DNA of 64,000 nucleotides from an uncultured archaeon (GTDB lineage Archaea > Thermoproteota > Nitrososphaeria > Nitrososphaerales > Gagatemarchaeaceae). Below, piece by piece: positions 18,857 through 28,719 of the stretch; the first letter of the stretch is position 1; each line of letters begins with the position of its first letter. Below the pieces are notes generated by a model. It did no database searches. It saw only the letters and a program-made list of their open reading frames with translations, and had not been told where the DNA came from. The DNA lies in assembly GCA_963799775.1 (NCBI GenBank), contig CAWCYD010000003.1, positions 1,120,001 to 1,184,000 of the forward strand, in the 5' to 3' direction. The position numbers were made by a program, and so were the translations under genes.

Positions 18857-20131
18857 TCAGCGGATGGTTTCACGGCCGCCCATGTAGGGTATCAGGGGTT
18901 TTGGGATCGCTATCGAGCCGTCTGCCTGCTGGAAGTTCTCGACCACCGCGACCAGCGCCCTCGTGGTTACTGCCGTCGAGTTCAGGGTGTGGACGAGCGA
19001 GGGCTCGGCCGTCTGCTTCTCCCTGTAGCGGATCATCAGCCGCCTGGCCTGGTAGTCCGTGCAGTTGCTGCAGGAGACCATCTCCCTGAACTTGCCCTGC
19101 GTGGGCATCCAGGCCTCGAGGTCGTACTTCTTGGCGGCGACCGTGCCGATGTCCCCCGTGCAGATGTTGACGACCCTGTAGTGCAACCCTAGGCTCTGGA
19201 ATATCGCCTCGGCGTTCGCGATGAGCTCCTCGTGGATCCGCCAGCTCTGCTCCGGCTTTGAGAAGACCACCTGCTCGACCTTGTAGAACTGGTGGGTCCG
19301 GAAGATGCCCTTGGTGTCCTTGCCGTGGGCGCCCGCCTCGACCCTGAAGTTGGGGCTGAAGCCGCAGTACTTTATCGGAAGCGAGTCCCCGGCAAGGATC
19401 TCGTCCATGTGCTGCGCGACGAGAGGATGCTCGGAAGTCGCTATCAGGTACATGTCCTCGCCCTCTATCTTATAGATGACGGGCCCAAAGTCGGCGAGGT
19501 CGACGACGCCGGCGTACGCCTCCTTGCGCATCATCAGAGGCGGCCCGACGGCCGTGAAGCCCCTGTCCGAGAGGAAGTCGATCGCGTACCGCATTATCGA
19601 CTGCTCAAGCCTGAGCGCGTCTCCCTTGAGGAAGAAGAAGCGCGCGCCCGAGATCTTGGCGGCCCTCTCCATGTCGATGAGCCCTAGTGCCCCCATCAGG
19701 TCGAGGTGGTCCTTTGGCGCAAAGTCGAAGGTCCTCGGCCGCCCCCAGGTCCGGACCGTCACGTTCCCGCTCTCGTCCTGGCCCACCGGGACGGACTCGT
19801 CGAGGATGTTCGGGAGGGACATGAGTATCTCCCTCACCCTCGACTGGAGCTCTTCCGCGCGCTTCTCCATCGCCGAGATCTGCTGGGGGATGCCCTTCAC
19901 CTCCGCGAGCTTCTCGCTGACGTCCTTCCCCTCCCTCTTCAGGGCGGCCACCTCGGCGGTGAGCTTGTTCTGAGCGTGCCTGAGGTCGTCGACCTTCTTC
20001 TTCGTCTGCCTCCACTCTGCATCCGCCGCCGACGCCTCGTCGACGAGGGGGAGCCTCTCCGTCCATCCCCGCTTCTTCAGGTCGTTCCTGATGACGTCAG
20101 GGTTTTCCCTGAGCAGTCTCACGTCAAGCAA
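18857..20131 (-). CDS. serS: Serine--tRNA ligase
   Basis: YLIATSE, FRVEAG, GIFRTHQF, EMVSCSNCTDYQARR. Confidence 0.97.
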   Translation of the reverse strand: MLDVRLLRENPDVIRNDLKKRGWTERLPLVDEASAADAEWRQTKKKVDDLRHAQNKLTAEVAALKREGKDVSEKLAEVKGIPQQISAMEKRAEELQSRVREILMSLPNILDESVPVGQDESGNVTVRTWGRPRTFDFAPKDHLDLMGALGLIDMERAAKISGARFFFLKGDALRLEQSIMRYAIDFLSDRGFTAVGPPLMMRKEAYAGVVDLADFGPVIYKIEGEDMYLIATSEHPLVAQHMDEILAGDSLPIKYCGFSPNFRVEAGAHGKDTKGIFRTHQFYKVEQVVFSKPEQSWRIHEELIANAEAIFQSLGLHYRVVNICTGDIGTVAAKKYDLEAWMPTQGKFREMVSCSNCTDYQARRLMIRYREKQTAEPSLVHTLNSTAVTTRALVAVVENFQQADGSIAIPKPLIPYMGGRETIR

Positions 20132-20137
20132 GGGTGT

Positions 20138-20443
20138 TCACCCTCGCGCGCCTCGCCCAAAGCCCCGAGCCGTGGCCTCGACCCATAGGTCGGCGAAGAG
20201 CTTCGCGTCGGAGATGATGCTCGAGACGGTGCTCAGGGCCGGCCTGACCCTGGGCGACCTCACGGTGCACCTGATCGAGCTCCCGTCGACGGAGGAGCCG
20301 AACTCTTGGTCCTTGGGAAAGTATCTGTTGTCGGGCATCAGCGTCTCGTTGAGTGCCTTGGAGGTCTTGCCATCGGCGCACTCGATTATGAGCTCGACGT
20401 CTACGCGCGGGCTGGGCCTGCGACCAGTGCTTCGCGGGGTCAC
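20138..20443 (-). CDS. pcc1: KEOPS Pcc1-like protein
   Basis: LMPDN motif, size, position between DHH gene and serS. Confidence 0.7.
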   Translation of the reverse strand: MTPRSTGRRPSPRVDVELIIECADGKTSKALNETLMPDNRYFPKDQEFGSSVDGSSIRCTVRSPRVRPALSTVSSIISDAKLFADLWVEATARGFGRGARG

Positions 20444-21888
20444 CCGGCCGCCACCTTCTCCAGGATCAATCTTGTGAAATCGTCCCTCTTGGAGAAGGGG
20501 ATCTTCGCCCCCGCGGCCATGCTGTGACCACCCCCTATCCCCCCCACCCGCTCGGCTGCGTCCCGCATCAGCTCCCCGAGATTGACCTTGCCGGGATAAG
20601 AGTCCCCTATCCTCGAAGAGTACTTCAGCTCGGAGTCGCCCGACTTGGCCCTCACAAGTACGAGCTTGTCACGGAAACGGTCTGAAGACGCGAGCAGGGA
20701 CGAGACTGACCCGGTCATCCTCTCCTCGATGAAGCCCTCGCCCATGACGAGCATCACGTCGCCGCTCGTCGAGACCTTGTCTGTCTCGACCTGAAGCTTC
20801 TGGATTGCCTTGTTCAACTTGGTCCGGTACTCGGCCATGAGGGAGAGCGCCTGGCGAAGCGCCTCCTCCCGGTCTCCCAGACAGATCGAGATGCCCAGAT
20901 CGGTCCTGTCCATCCTGCCGCAAGCGTTCAGGACGGTCGCGAACTCTCTCGCGTCGCGTAGCGGGGTCAGAGGGTCCTCCAGCCCGAAGACGATCACCGT
21001 CCCGATGAGCTCGTTGAGCAGGCCCGACCCGTGACCGGCAGACGCGACGAAGCTCGAGACCACCTCCATCACCTTCTGTTTCTCCTCGTTCGAGAGCTCG
21101 CCCAGGCTCCTCCACCTCCCTCCCTCCTTGAGCTTGAAACCGGCGTTGGAGAGCCCAGCGAGGGCCGCGTCCTTCGCCCCGGACAGCCCGGCGATGAAGG
21201 GCGTGTAGCTCGCAGCGATCGCCTCGTGGACAGGCCTGGTCTCCCTGCCGTAGAACAAGAGGTCGTTCGAGACAGTCACTAGGCCTTTCGAGACCGCGTC
21301 ATCGAGCGCGACCTTGTTCAACCCCCTCAGAGAACGGCCCTCCCCTTTGTCCTGCCGGTCGCCCAAGGCCCCCACGAGTGCCAAGGCGGAGAGGTCCAGG
21401 TTGCCCCTCTCGTCAAGGGCCTTTGCGAACGCGTAGGCCATAGTAGAAGAGCAGGCCTCCCAGCCCCCGTCGAACCCGTAGCTCCATGCGTTGATCAACC
21501 TAGGGTTGGAGACGTCGCTCGTAGGAATCTGATGATGGTCGAGCACGGCGAACCTCTCCCCGAAGGCCTCCGTCAGCTGCGGCAGCACCCCCGTCCCCAG
21601 ATCTGTGAAGAGGTAGAACTCGAACCTGTCGGCCTTCAGCTTCTCTATCGCGTGAGGGTCTAGATCTGGGATCGCCCTGACCGAGACCGTGAAGTTCTTT
21701 CGCGCCAAGGCCGAGAAGGCAATCGACCCGCTGGAGAGCCCGTCGGCGTCGATGTGGGTGACGACAAGGAACCTTGCACCCCGGTTGGAGAGTTCGAGGA
21801 GCTGCTCTCCCTCTTTCCTTGACCGGTCCATCAGCGCGTGGAGGTCGGGCGTTCGAGTGACCGTCGTAGCGGCCTCGCCAGCTGCCAC
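20440..21888 (-). CDS. DHH-family RecJ-like phosphoesterase
   Basis: HIDADG, TDLG, LDHH, NACGR, GGGHSMAAG. Confidence 0.9.
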   Translation of the reverse strand: MAAGEAATTVTRTPDLHALMDRSRKEGEQLLELSNRGARFLVVTHIDADGLSSGSIAFSALARKNFTVSVRAIPDLDPHAIEKLKADRFEFYLFTDLGTGVLPQLTEAFGERFAVLDHHQIPTSDVSNPRLINAWSYGFDGGWEACSSTMAYAFAKALDERGNLDLSALALVGALGDRQDKGEGRSLRGLNKVALDDAVSKGLVTVSNDLLFYGRETRPVHEAIAASYTPFIAGLSGAKDAALAGLSNAGFKLKEGGRWRSLGELSNEEKQKVMEVVSSFVASAGHGSGLLNELIGTVIVFGLEDPLTPLRDAREFATVLNACGRMDRTDLGISICLGDREEALRQALSLMAEYRTKLNKAIQKLQVETDKVSTSGDVMLVMGEGFIEERMTGSVSSLLASSDRFRDKLVLVRAKSGDSELKYSSRIGDSYPGKVNLGELMRDAAERVGGIGGGHSMAAGAKIPFSKRDDFTRLILEKVAAG

Positions 21889-21907
21889 TCGTGGTCCACC
21901 TTTCGCC

Positions 21908-22357
21908 TTAGGCTAGCTGAGCGACCACTGCGCTGTACTTGAAGTCCTTCGGCAGGACCCTATCTTCTTGTAGTATTTCGAGAGCCTGTAGATCTTGGCC
22001 TCTATGAGCTCGAGAGAGCGGACGTTCTTCCTGTCAGCCTTGTAGGCGTTCAGATGAGACTGGACCCTCCTCGCGGAGTCCAAAAGGTTCTGCAGCTCCA
22101 TCGGGGACTGCCGGTGCGAGCTTGTTCTCCCTGAGGAGCTCCATGAGCGACTTGCCTATCACGGGCTTTACGAGCGGGATGCCGTAGTCGTCTCTCAGCC
22201 TGATGCCTATCGCGCTTGGTGTGACCCCCTCCTTGGCCAGCTTGATTATCATAGCAGTTACCTCATCGGCGCTGTATGTGAGCCAGCCCGGGGCCCTCTT
22301 GCTGGTGGGCCTGGTCTGATGGCTCTTGCCGTGCCGATGGGAATGAATCCTTGCCAA
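21908..22357 (-). CDS. rps15: 30S ribosomal protein S15 (frameshifts near 22100 and 21957)
   Basis: MARIH, IGIRLRDDYGIP, LELIEAKIYRLSKYYK. Confidence 0.95.
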
Positions 22358-22407
22358 TCTTGAAACCGGACGCGACCGATTGAGCCGGGTTTAAAACCAT
22401 TCCCGGC

Positions 22408-22998
22408 TCAAAGCCTGTCTCCCGACAGGTACCACCTCGCGAACTTTCTCATCGCCCTGGCCCTGTGCGAGACCTGGCACTTCTCCTCCAACGCGATCTC
22501 GCCGAATGTCTTCTTTCCGCCATCGGGGACGAAGATCGGGTCGAACCCAAAGCCCTTCGTCCCCTTGCCCCTTGACGCAATCCTCCCCGTTACGACTCCC
22601 TCAAAGAGGACAGGCTCCCCTTCTGGCTCGCAGTAGGCGAGAGAGCTGACGAACTTCGCGCTCCTGGAGCGGCTGTCGCCCAGCAGCCTGATGATCCCTC
22701 GCAGGCCGATCGTCTTGAAGGCGTAAGCCGAGTAGGGACCGGGGAACCCCAGCAGCTCGTCTATGAAGAGGCCCGCGTCCTCGACAAGGACCGCCTTTCC
22801 CGCCGCCAGAGCAGCCGCGCGGGACGAGAAGGCTGCCACCTCCGCGTTCGTGTCGGCCTGGATCTCGATCCCCTTGCCGTCGAGTTGCTGCACCTCTAGC
22901 CCGAGAGGCCCCAGAATCGTGCGGGCCTCCTCGAGCTTCCCCGGGTTAGAGGTTGCCAGCAACACGCGCCTGGCTGCTCTCTTACTCGACTCTGGCAT
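22408..22998 (-). CDS. rdgB: Non-canonical purine NTP pyrophosphatase
   Basis: TSNPGK, EDAGL, GFPGPYS, GFGFDPIF, SHR. Confidence 0.95.
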   Translation of the reverse strand: MPESSKRAARRVLLATSNPGKLEEARTILGPLGLEVQQLDGKGIEIQADTNAEVAAFSSRAAALAAGKAVLVEDAGLFIDELLGFPGPYSAYAFKTIGLRGIIRLLGDSRSRSAKFVSSLAYCEPEGEPVLFEGVVTGRIASRGKGTKGFGFDPIFVPDGGKKTFGEIALEEKCQVSHRARAMRKFARWYLSGDRL

Positions 22999-23620
22999 AT
23001 CTCCCGCGCCTCTCTATCTCGGCGAGCTTCCTGGTTGCGATCTCCGTCTTTGCCTTCCCGAGGACAGACGCGTAGCCTGTGAGGAGAGACTGCATGAACT
23101 GCCTCGAGACGCTGTTGTGCGCTCCCGTGAGCGTCTCCTTGATCAGCCTCAGGTCGACCGCTTGGTCCTCGAGCCTGCGCGAGCGGATCGCAAGACCAAA
23201 GTCGATCAGGGTGAGCTCGTCTCCGTCTACGATGACGTTGGAGGTCGTGAGATCGCCGTGCATGATGCCGGCGCGATGGAGCCTGGCTATGTTCGCCCCG
23301 AACCTCTGCCCGAGCGACCTCGCCCTCTCCTTTGGGAGGCCTGGCTCGAGCAGGACCGTCTTCAGCCTCTCTCCCTCGACGTATCCCATGACGAGCAGGG
23401 CCTCTGGCGGGGAGAGGTAGAACAGATGGGGGGCGGCGACCCCCGCGACCTTGCATTGGTGGATTATCTCTGCCTCGTGGACCGTCCTCTGGCTCCGGAT
23501 CCACTTGTCCAGCTCCGGTAGCCTATAGGCTAGCGGCTTCCTGACCTTGAAGACCGCCGGCTGTCCGCACCACTCGCCCCTGAAGACGTCCGCCTCGGCC
23601 CCCCGGTAGAGCAGCTTCAT
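22982..23620 (-). CDS. bud32: KEOPS kinase Bud32
   Basis: GAEA, HGDLTTSN, IDFGL, RGRY. Confidence 0.93.
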   Translation of the reverse strand: MKLLYRGAEADVFRGEWCGQPAVFKVRKPLAYRLPELDKWIRSQRTVHEAEIIHQCKVAGVAAPHLFYLSPPEALLVMGYVEGERLKTVLLEPGLPKERARSLGQRFGANIARLHRAGIMHGDLTTSNVIVDGDELTLIDFGLAIRSRRLEDQAVDLRLIKETLTGAHNSVSRQFMQSLLTGYASVLGKAKTEIATRKLAEIERRGRYARVE

Positions 23621-23661
23621 CGTGTGTCGGAGAATTCTCTTCGTTTCTCCCCTGTGAAGGT

Positions 23662-24672
23662 CTAGTTTCTCCAGGGCGTCTGGACCGTGTCCAGGCGCCA
23701 GGACTGCCTCACCATGCTGTCCGAGACCTTGTTCAGCGACTGCCCAGCCCTGTACGCGAGGAGCCCGGTCCATGCGATCTGCGCCCCGCAGTCACCGCTG
23801 AACTGGGGTGGCACGACCTTGACGGAGGCGTCGTGCCTCTCGACCATCTTGGTGAGCATCTCCGAGAGCCTTCGGTTGGCGGCTACCCCTCCCACCACGA
23901 GCAGCTCTCGCGCCCCCGTGAAGGCCAAGGCGCGCTCTGTGACCTCTGTGGTGATCGCGAAGGCGGTCTCCTGGACCGAGTAGCAGACGTCCTCGAAGGA
24001 GGCGCCTCCGTCGACGAGCCTCTTCGCGGCGGTGAGCACCCCGGAGAAGGAGACGTCGTTGCCCTTGACCGTGTAGGGGAGCTTTAGGTACCTGCTGGAC
24101 CGCGAGGCCGCCTCCTCGATCTTCCTCCCGCACGGGGAAGCGAAACCCACGTGCCTCCCCATCTGGTCGAGGAGCTGCCCGAGCGTGAGGTCCAGGGTCT
24201 CGCCCAGCACCCTCCAGACTCCGTTGGAGTGGGCGATGACCATCGTGTGGCCACCAGAAATCAGCAGCACGAGCGGCGTCTTGGCGCCTGTGAGGAGGCA
24301 TCCGAGCTCGATATGCCCGACCGCGTGGTTGACTGCCACCAGAGGCTTGTTCTTCGCAAGAGAGATCGTGCGCGCTGTGACGGCGCCTACCCTCAGGCAG
24401 GGGCCCAGTCCAGGCCCCATGGAGTAGGCGATCGCGTCCACGTCGTCCAAGCTGCTCCCACGAGCCGTCTTGCCATCCAGTGCCTCGCGGACCACCCGCA
24501 CCGCTACCTCCAGGTGGTGCTGGGCCGCCTCTGCGGGATGTATCCCGCTCCCCTCACGAGGCATGTAAACGTCCTTTGCATTGGTGATAACGCCCTCCTC
24601 CTCCGAGACGAGCGAGGCTGAGAAAGTATGCGCGGTGCTCTCGATTCCCAAGACCTTGAGTCGCCCTCGCAC
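23662..24672 (-). CDS. kae1: KEOPS t6A synthase Kae1
   Basis: LGIESTAHT, GPGLGPCL, NHAVGHIE, SGGHT, GGVAAN. Confidence 0.96.
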   Translation of the reverse strand: MRGRLKVLGIESTAHTFSASLVSEEEGVITNAKDVYMPREGSGIHPAEAAQHHLEVAVRVVREALDGKTARGSSLDDVDAIAYSMGPGLGPCLRVGAVTARTISLAKNKPLVAVNHAVGHIELGCLLTGAKTPLVLLISGGHTMVIAHSNGVWRVLGETLDLTLGQLLDQMGRHVGFASPCGRKIEEAASRSSRYLKLPYTVKGNDVSFSGVLTAAKRLVDGGASFEDVCYSVQETAFAITTEVTERALAFTGARELLVVGGVAANRRLSEMLTKMVERHDASVKVVPPQFSGDCGAQIAWTGLLAYRAGQSLNKVSDSMVRQSWRLDTVQTPWRN

Positions 24673-24744
24673 CAGGATCCCCCTCTAAGATGGGGAGCGA
24701 CCCATGCGAGACTTTAAGGTTATTTCGGCTTCTGCTCCGGCGGC

Positions 24745-25188
24745 ATGAGCTCCGAGATCCAGTCCCTGGAGGTCTCCTATTTCCTGCAGATGACTGAGGA
24801 CGAGCAGAAGGTGGTGGGCGCCGTCTCTGCCCTCCTCGGCCAGGACCAGCCCATCGAGATGCAGGACTTGCAAGGGCACTTTGGCAACAGGATCCTCTGG
24901 GTCAGGCACCACCTGACTGGTGACACGGCGGAGTCAGCGGCGAAGGGCATACTGGGCAGGATCTCACCTGAGGAGAAGAGGACCATCCTCGGCGAGCTGA
25001 CCAGCGTCTTGGACGAGCACAACGCCCTCTACATCAGGCTCAACAAGCAGGTCCTTGTCTCGAGGGGGGAGACGGTGCTCGCGAGCTCGGACCCGGTCAG
25101 GGTGAAGGTGAAACCGCGTTCCTTCAAGGTAAAGGGCGACCCTGAGGGCTTCTATCGGCGTCTCTTCGGGGAGGGGGCTAGGAGATGA
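24745..25188 (+). CDS. Conserved archaeal RNA-binding protein (DUF54-like)
   Basis: TEDEQKV, GHFGN, LYIRLNKQ. Confidence 0.82.
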   Translation: MSSEIQSLEVSYFLQMTEDEQKVVGAVSALLGQDQPIEMQDLQGHFGNRILWVRHHLTGDTAESAAKGILGRISPEEKRTILGELTSVLDEHNALYIRLNKQVLVSRGETVLASSDPVRVKVKPRSFKVKGDPEGFYRRLFGEGARR

Positions 25189-25460
25189 GGGGGCCTCGCC
25201 ACAAGAGGTACCTGTTGTTCACGAGCGAGCGGGGAATCGACGAGGAGACAAGGAAGGAGCTGACTCACAGGATCTCAAAGATCTCGCCCATGATGGCTAA
25301 GAAGGCGGTCTGGTTCGACCACGCTCTGATAGTGAGGACGGACAACGTCGACGCTCCAATCCTGAAAAAGTCGCTGGAGATGACGGTGGGAGACGTCTCG
25401 CTCAAGTCAAGGCTGACCTCGGGGTCGATAGGTAAGCTCAAAAAAGCCGTCCAGAGCTAG
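25185..25460 (+). CDS. RNase P protein Pop5/Rpp14-like
   Basis: KRYL, IVR, TSGSIGKLK. Confidence 0.65.
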   Translation: MRGPRHKRYLLFTSERGIDEETRKELTHRISKISPMMAKKAVWFDHALIVRTDNVDAPILKKSLEMTVGDVSLKSRLTSGSIGKLKKAVQS

Positions 25461-25470
25461 CTGGTCGCGA

Positions 25471-25854
25471 ATGGTCAAGTTCTTTTCCCCGGAGTTCTTC
25501 GCCCAGGTCCAAGAGTCCTTGGCGAACGACGCCAAATGGCAGGAAGACACGAAGTCGATGAAGAGCAGCATCAAGCTGACTTCGACCGGTCAGGAGAACG
25601 CTGCGACCTATCTGTTGAAGGTCGAAGAGGGGAAGACGACCATCTCAGCCACGGAGCCGACGACGCAAGCCGAGTTCTCGTTCGAGGGGACATACGACGT
25701 CTGGACAAGGGTCGCCAAGGGCGAGGTCGACTTCCAGTCTTCCGTCCTCAAGGGCCTGTTGAAGTTCAAGGGCTCCATCACGAAGATCTTGGTCTACAAA
25801 GACAGGTTCTTGCGGATCGCGGAGGTCATGCGGTCCATTCCCGTCGAGTTCTAG
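25471..25854 (+). CDS. SCP2 sterol-carrier domain protein
   Basis: FFSPEF, W..VAKGEVD, GLLKFKG. Confidence 0.82.
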   Translation: MVKFFSPEFFAQVQESLANDAKWQEDTKSMKSSIKLTSTGQENAATYLLKVEEGKTTISATEPTTQAEFSFEGTYDVWTRVAKGEVDFQSSVLKGLLKFKGSITKILVYKDRFLRIAEVMRSIPVEF

Positions 25855-25877
25855 AGGCCCATCGGAGATACCCAGCA

Positions 25878-26318
25878 TCAGGAAGCCAGGACGAAGACGT
25901 AGTATGGACCGCCTTGCGCGTCTTTCCTCGTCTCTATTCGCATACCCATCCCTGGCTTGAGCTTGGAAGGGTCCGCCCCCTCGAGCCAAGCAAGGACGTT
26001 CACACCCTCTTTCAGCCGCCCTATCGCCACGACGTACGGGTCGTGGTCGACGAAGCTCGTCGGTGTTATCTGGACGTAGGTGAAGGTCAGGAGCTCGGCC
26101 TCGGGCGTGAGGTCGATCCAGCCCGACCTGCTGCTCATGCAGTTGGGACAGTCTGCCTGAGGGGGGAAGGAGATCCTGCCACAGTCCTCGCACTTCGTCG
26201 TGACGAACCTTCCCTCGCCCAGCGCGTCCCAGAATCGGCTCGTCTTCGAGATGGGGATGTTGAACCTCAAGGTAAGGCTTCGCTTCGACCTCAGAGTCGG
26301 CGGGTTATCCTCAGGCAT
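25878..26318 (-). CDS. DUF35 Zn-ribbon/OB-fold thiolase partner
   Basis: FWDAL, CEDCG..FPPQADCPNC. Confidence 0.9.
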   Translation of the reverse strand: MPEDNPPTLRSKRSLTLRFNIPISKTSRFWDALGEGRFVTTKCEDCGRISFPPQADCPNCMSSRSGWIDLTPEAELLTFTYVQITPTSFVDHDPYVVAIGRLKEGVNVLAWLEGADPSKLKPGMGMRIETRKDAQGGPYYVFVLAS

Positions 26319-26326
26319 CTCTCTCC

Positions 26327-27502
26327 CTACCTCTCCCTTGAGAGGACCGTGACGTAGCAGTAATGCCCGGTCCCTCCCACGTTGTGCACTAGCCCTTTCC
26401 CGTTCCTTATCTGAGCCTGCCTGTTGCCTCCCGCCTCGCCCCTGAGCTGTTTCGAGACCTCGACCATCATCGAGACACCTGTCGCACCGACAGGGTGCCC
26501 CTTCGCCTTCAGCCCGCCGTCGAGGTTGACAGGGATCCGTCCTCCCACCTCTGTCTGTCCCTCGCGGATGAGCTTGGGGCCTTCGCCCTTTGCGCAAAAG
26601 CCCAGGTCCTCGTAGGCCATGAGCTCGGCGATCGTGAAGCAGTCGTGGCAGGTGGCGACGTCGATGTCTCGAGGCCCCACCTTCGCTGCGGCGTACGCCT
26701 TCCGCGACGCATCGACCGTCGCCCTCAGCCCGACGTAGTCGCCCCTCTTGCTCAGGTTCGCAGAGTCCGAGGAGAAGCCGATGCCCTTGATCCATATCGG
26801 GGTGTCAGAGAGCTTCCTCGCTGCATCTTCGCTCGCCAGGACCACCGCGGCAGAGCCGTCCGTGATGGGGCAGGCGTCGTAGAGCTTCAGCGGCCAGGAT
26901 ACGACCTGCGACTTCATCGCCTTCTCGATGCTGATCTCTTTCTGGAACTGGGCGAGGGGGTTCATCGAGGCGTAGTGGTGCGCCTTGACCGCGACCCGGG
27001 CGAGGTCATCCTCGGTCGTCCCGAACCTGTCCATGTGGGAGACCGCGTAGAGCGCGTAGTACGCTGGGAAGGTCATCCCGTAGTTCTCGAACTCCCAGAG
27101 ATCAGGCCCTGCCCGCCCCATGAGCTCGATAGAGGTGAGAGTGTCCACCTCTGTCATCTTCTCCACGCCCACCGCCATCGCGATCTCTGACTCGCCGCTG
27201 GCCACGCTGAGGTACGCGCTGCGCACCGCGGCGCTCCCGCTTGCGCAGGCGGCCTCCACCCTCATGGTCCCCACGTCCTCGAACCCCGCGTACTCGTTCA
27301 CGACGACGGCGGGGAGCGACTCCTCGTACCAGCCGCCAGCGCTCCCCAATGTGACGTTCTGGATCTGCTTCTTCTGGACCCCGCAGTCTTCCATGGCGCC
27401 CTTGATGGACTCGAAAGCGAGCTCGGCCACGTTGACGTCGGTCCGCCTGCCGAACTTCGAGTGCCCTACCCCCACGATGGCGACGTCTCTCAAAGAAGGC
27501 AC
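26327..27502 (-). CDS. Thiolase (archaeal/SCP-x type)
   Basis: EAACASG, HDCF, GHPVGATG, HNVGG. Confidence 0.93.
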   Translation of the reverse strand: MPSLRDVAIVGVGHSKFGRRTDVNVAELAFESIKGAMEDCGVQKKQIQNVTLGSAGGWYEESLPAVVVNEYAGFEDVGTMRVEAACASGSAAVRSAYLSVASGESEIAMAVGVEKMTEVDTLTSIELMGRAGPDLWEFENYGMTFPAYYALYAVSHMDRFGTTEDDLARVAVKAHHYASMNPLAQFQKEISIEKAMKSQVVSWPLKLYDACPITDGSAAVVLASEDAARKLSDTPIWIKGIGFSSDSANLSKRGDYVGLRATVDASRKAYAAAKVGPRDIDVATCHDCFTIAELMAYEDLGFCAKGEGPKLIREGQTEVGGRIPVNLDGGLKAKGHPVGATGVSMMVEVSKQLRGEAGGNRQAQIRNGKGLVHNVGGTGHYCYVTVLSRER

Positions 27503-27515
27503 CCCCGCACTCCGC

Positions 27516-28677
27516 TCATGAGTCCTGAAGGATCTCCCTTGAGAGGATCCAACGCTGGACCTCTGACGTGCCCTCCACGATGTCCAAGATCTTCGCGTCC
27601 CTCAGATACCTCTCGAGGGGGAGGAGCTTGCTCAGCCCTATCCCTCCGTGAATCTGGATCGCCCTCTCGCAGACCCAAACTGCCGACTCTGTGGAGAAGA
27701 CCTTGGCCATCGAGGCTTCCTTGACGAACTCCTCGCCCTTGTCCCTCAAGTAGGCGGCCCTATATGTGAGGAGTCGGGAAGCCTCTATCCTGGTCGCCAT
27801 GTCCGCGATCATGAACCTTATCGCCTCGAACTTCCCAAGCGGCCTGTCGAAGAGCACCCTCTTCTTCGAGTACTCGATCGACGCCTCCAGGGCAGCGTTT
27901 GCCACCCCTATCGCCCCCGCCGCCGCTCCGATGCGCCCCTGGTTCAGGACTGCCATCGCGATCAAGAATCCGTCCCCGGTGGAACCCAGCATGCTCGTCG
28001 CCGGGACCTTGCAGTCGTTGAAGACGAGCTCCGCAGTCCCCGTCCCCCGGATCCCGATGACCTCGAGCTTGCTGCCCACCTTGAACCCTGGGGTCACCTT
28101 GTCTACGATGAACGAGGTCATCCCCGCAGCGCCGTCTTCGACAGTCCCCGTCCTCGTGAACAGGACGACAACGTCGGCGAGCATCCCCTGGGAGATCCAG
28201 ATCTTCGACCCGTTGATCTTGTAGCGCCCGTCGGCCAGCTTCTCGGCTTTCGTCTGGATGTTCGCCGCATCAGACCCGGCGCCTGGCTCGGTCAGCCCGT
28301 AGGAGCCGATGATATCTCCCTTTGCGAGTCCTGGGAGGTACTTCTCCTTCTGCTCCTTCGTCCCGAACTGCGAGATGGGGTAGGCCACCAGTCCGTTCTG
28401 CACGCCTATGATCAGCCCGGCGGAGAGGCTCACCTTCGCGATCTCCTCGGCGACCACGACGGAGGAGACCATATCAAGGCCGAGTCCGCCGTATTCCTTC
28501 GGCGTGCCTATCCCGAGGAGGCCGTACTCGCCCATCTTCCTTGCGAGCTCGCGTGGGTACTCGTCCGTCCTGTCGATCTTCTCTGCGAGAGGCGCCACCT
28601 CTCTTTTCGCAAAGTCTCTGGCCCATGTGCGCAGGTTCATCGTGCTCGGGGGAGAAGGCTATCTCTGGAAGGGCCAT
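27516..28677 (-). CDS. Acyl-CoA dehydrogenase (frameshift near 28639)
   Basis: LTEPGAGSD, NGSKIWI, QIHGG, EGTSEVQR. Confidence 0.94.
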
Positions 28678-28719
28678 AGAGAATCCGAAAAAAAGCGACG
28701 CCCGACTCTATTTATTCGT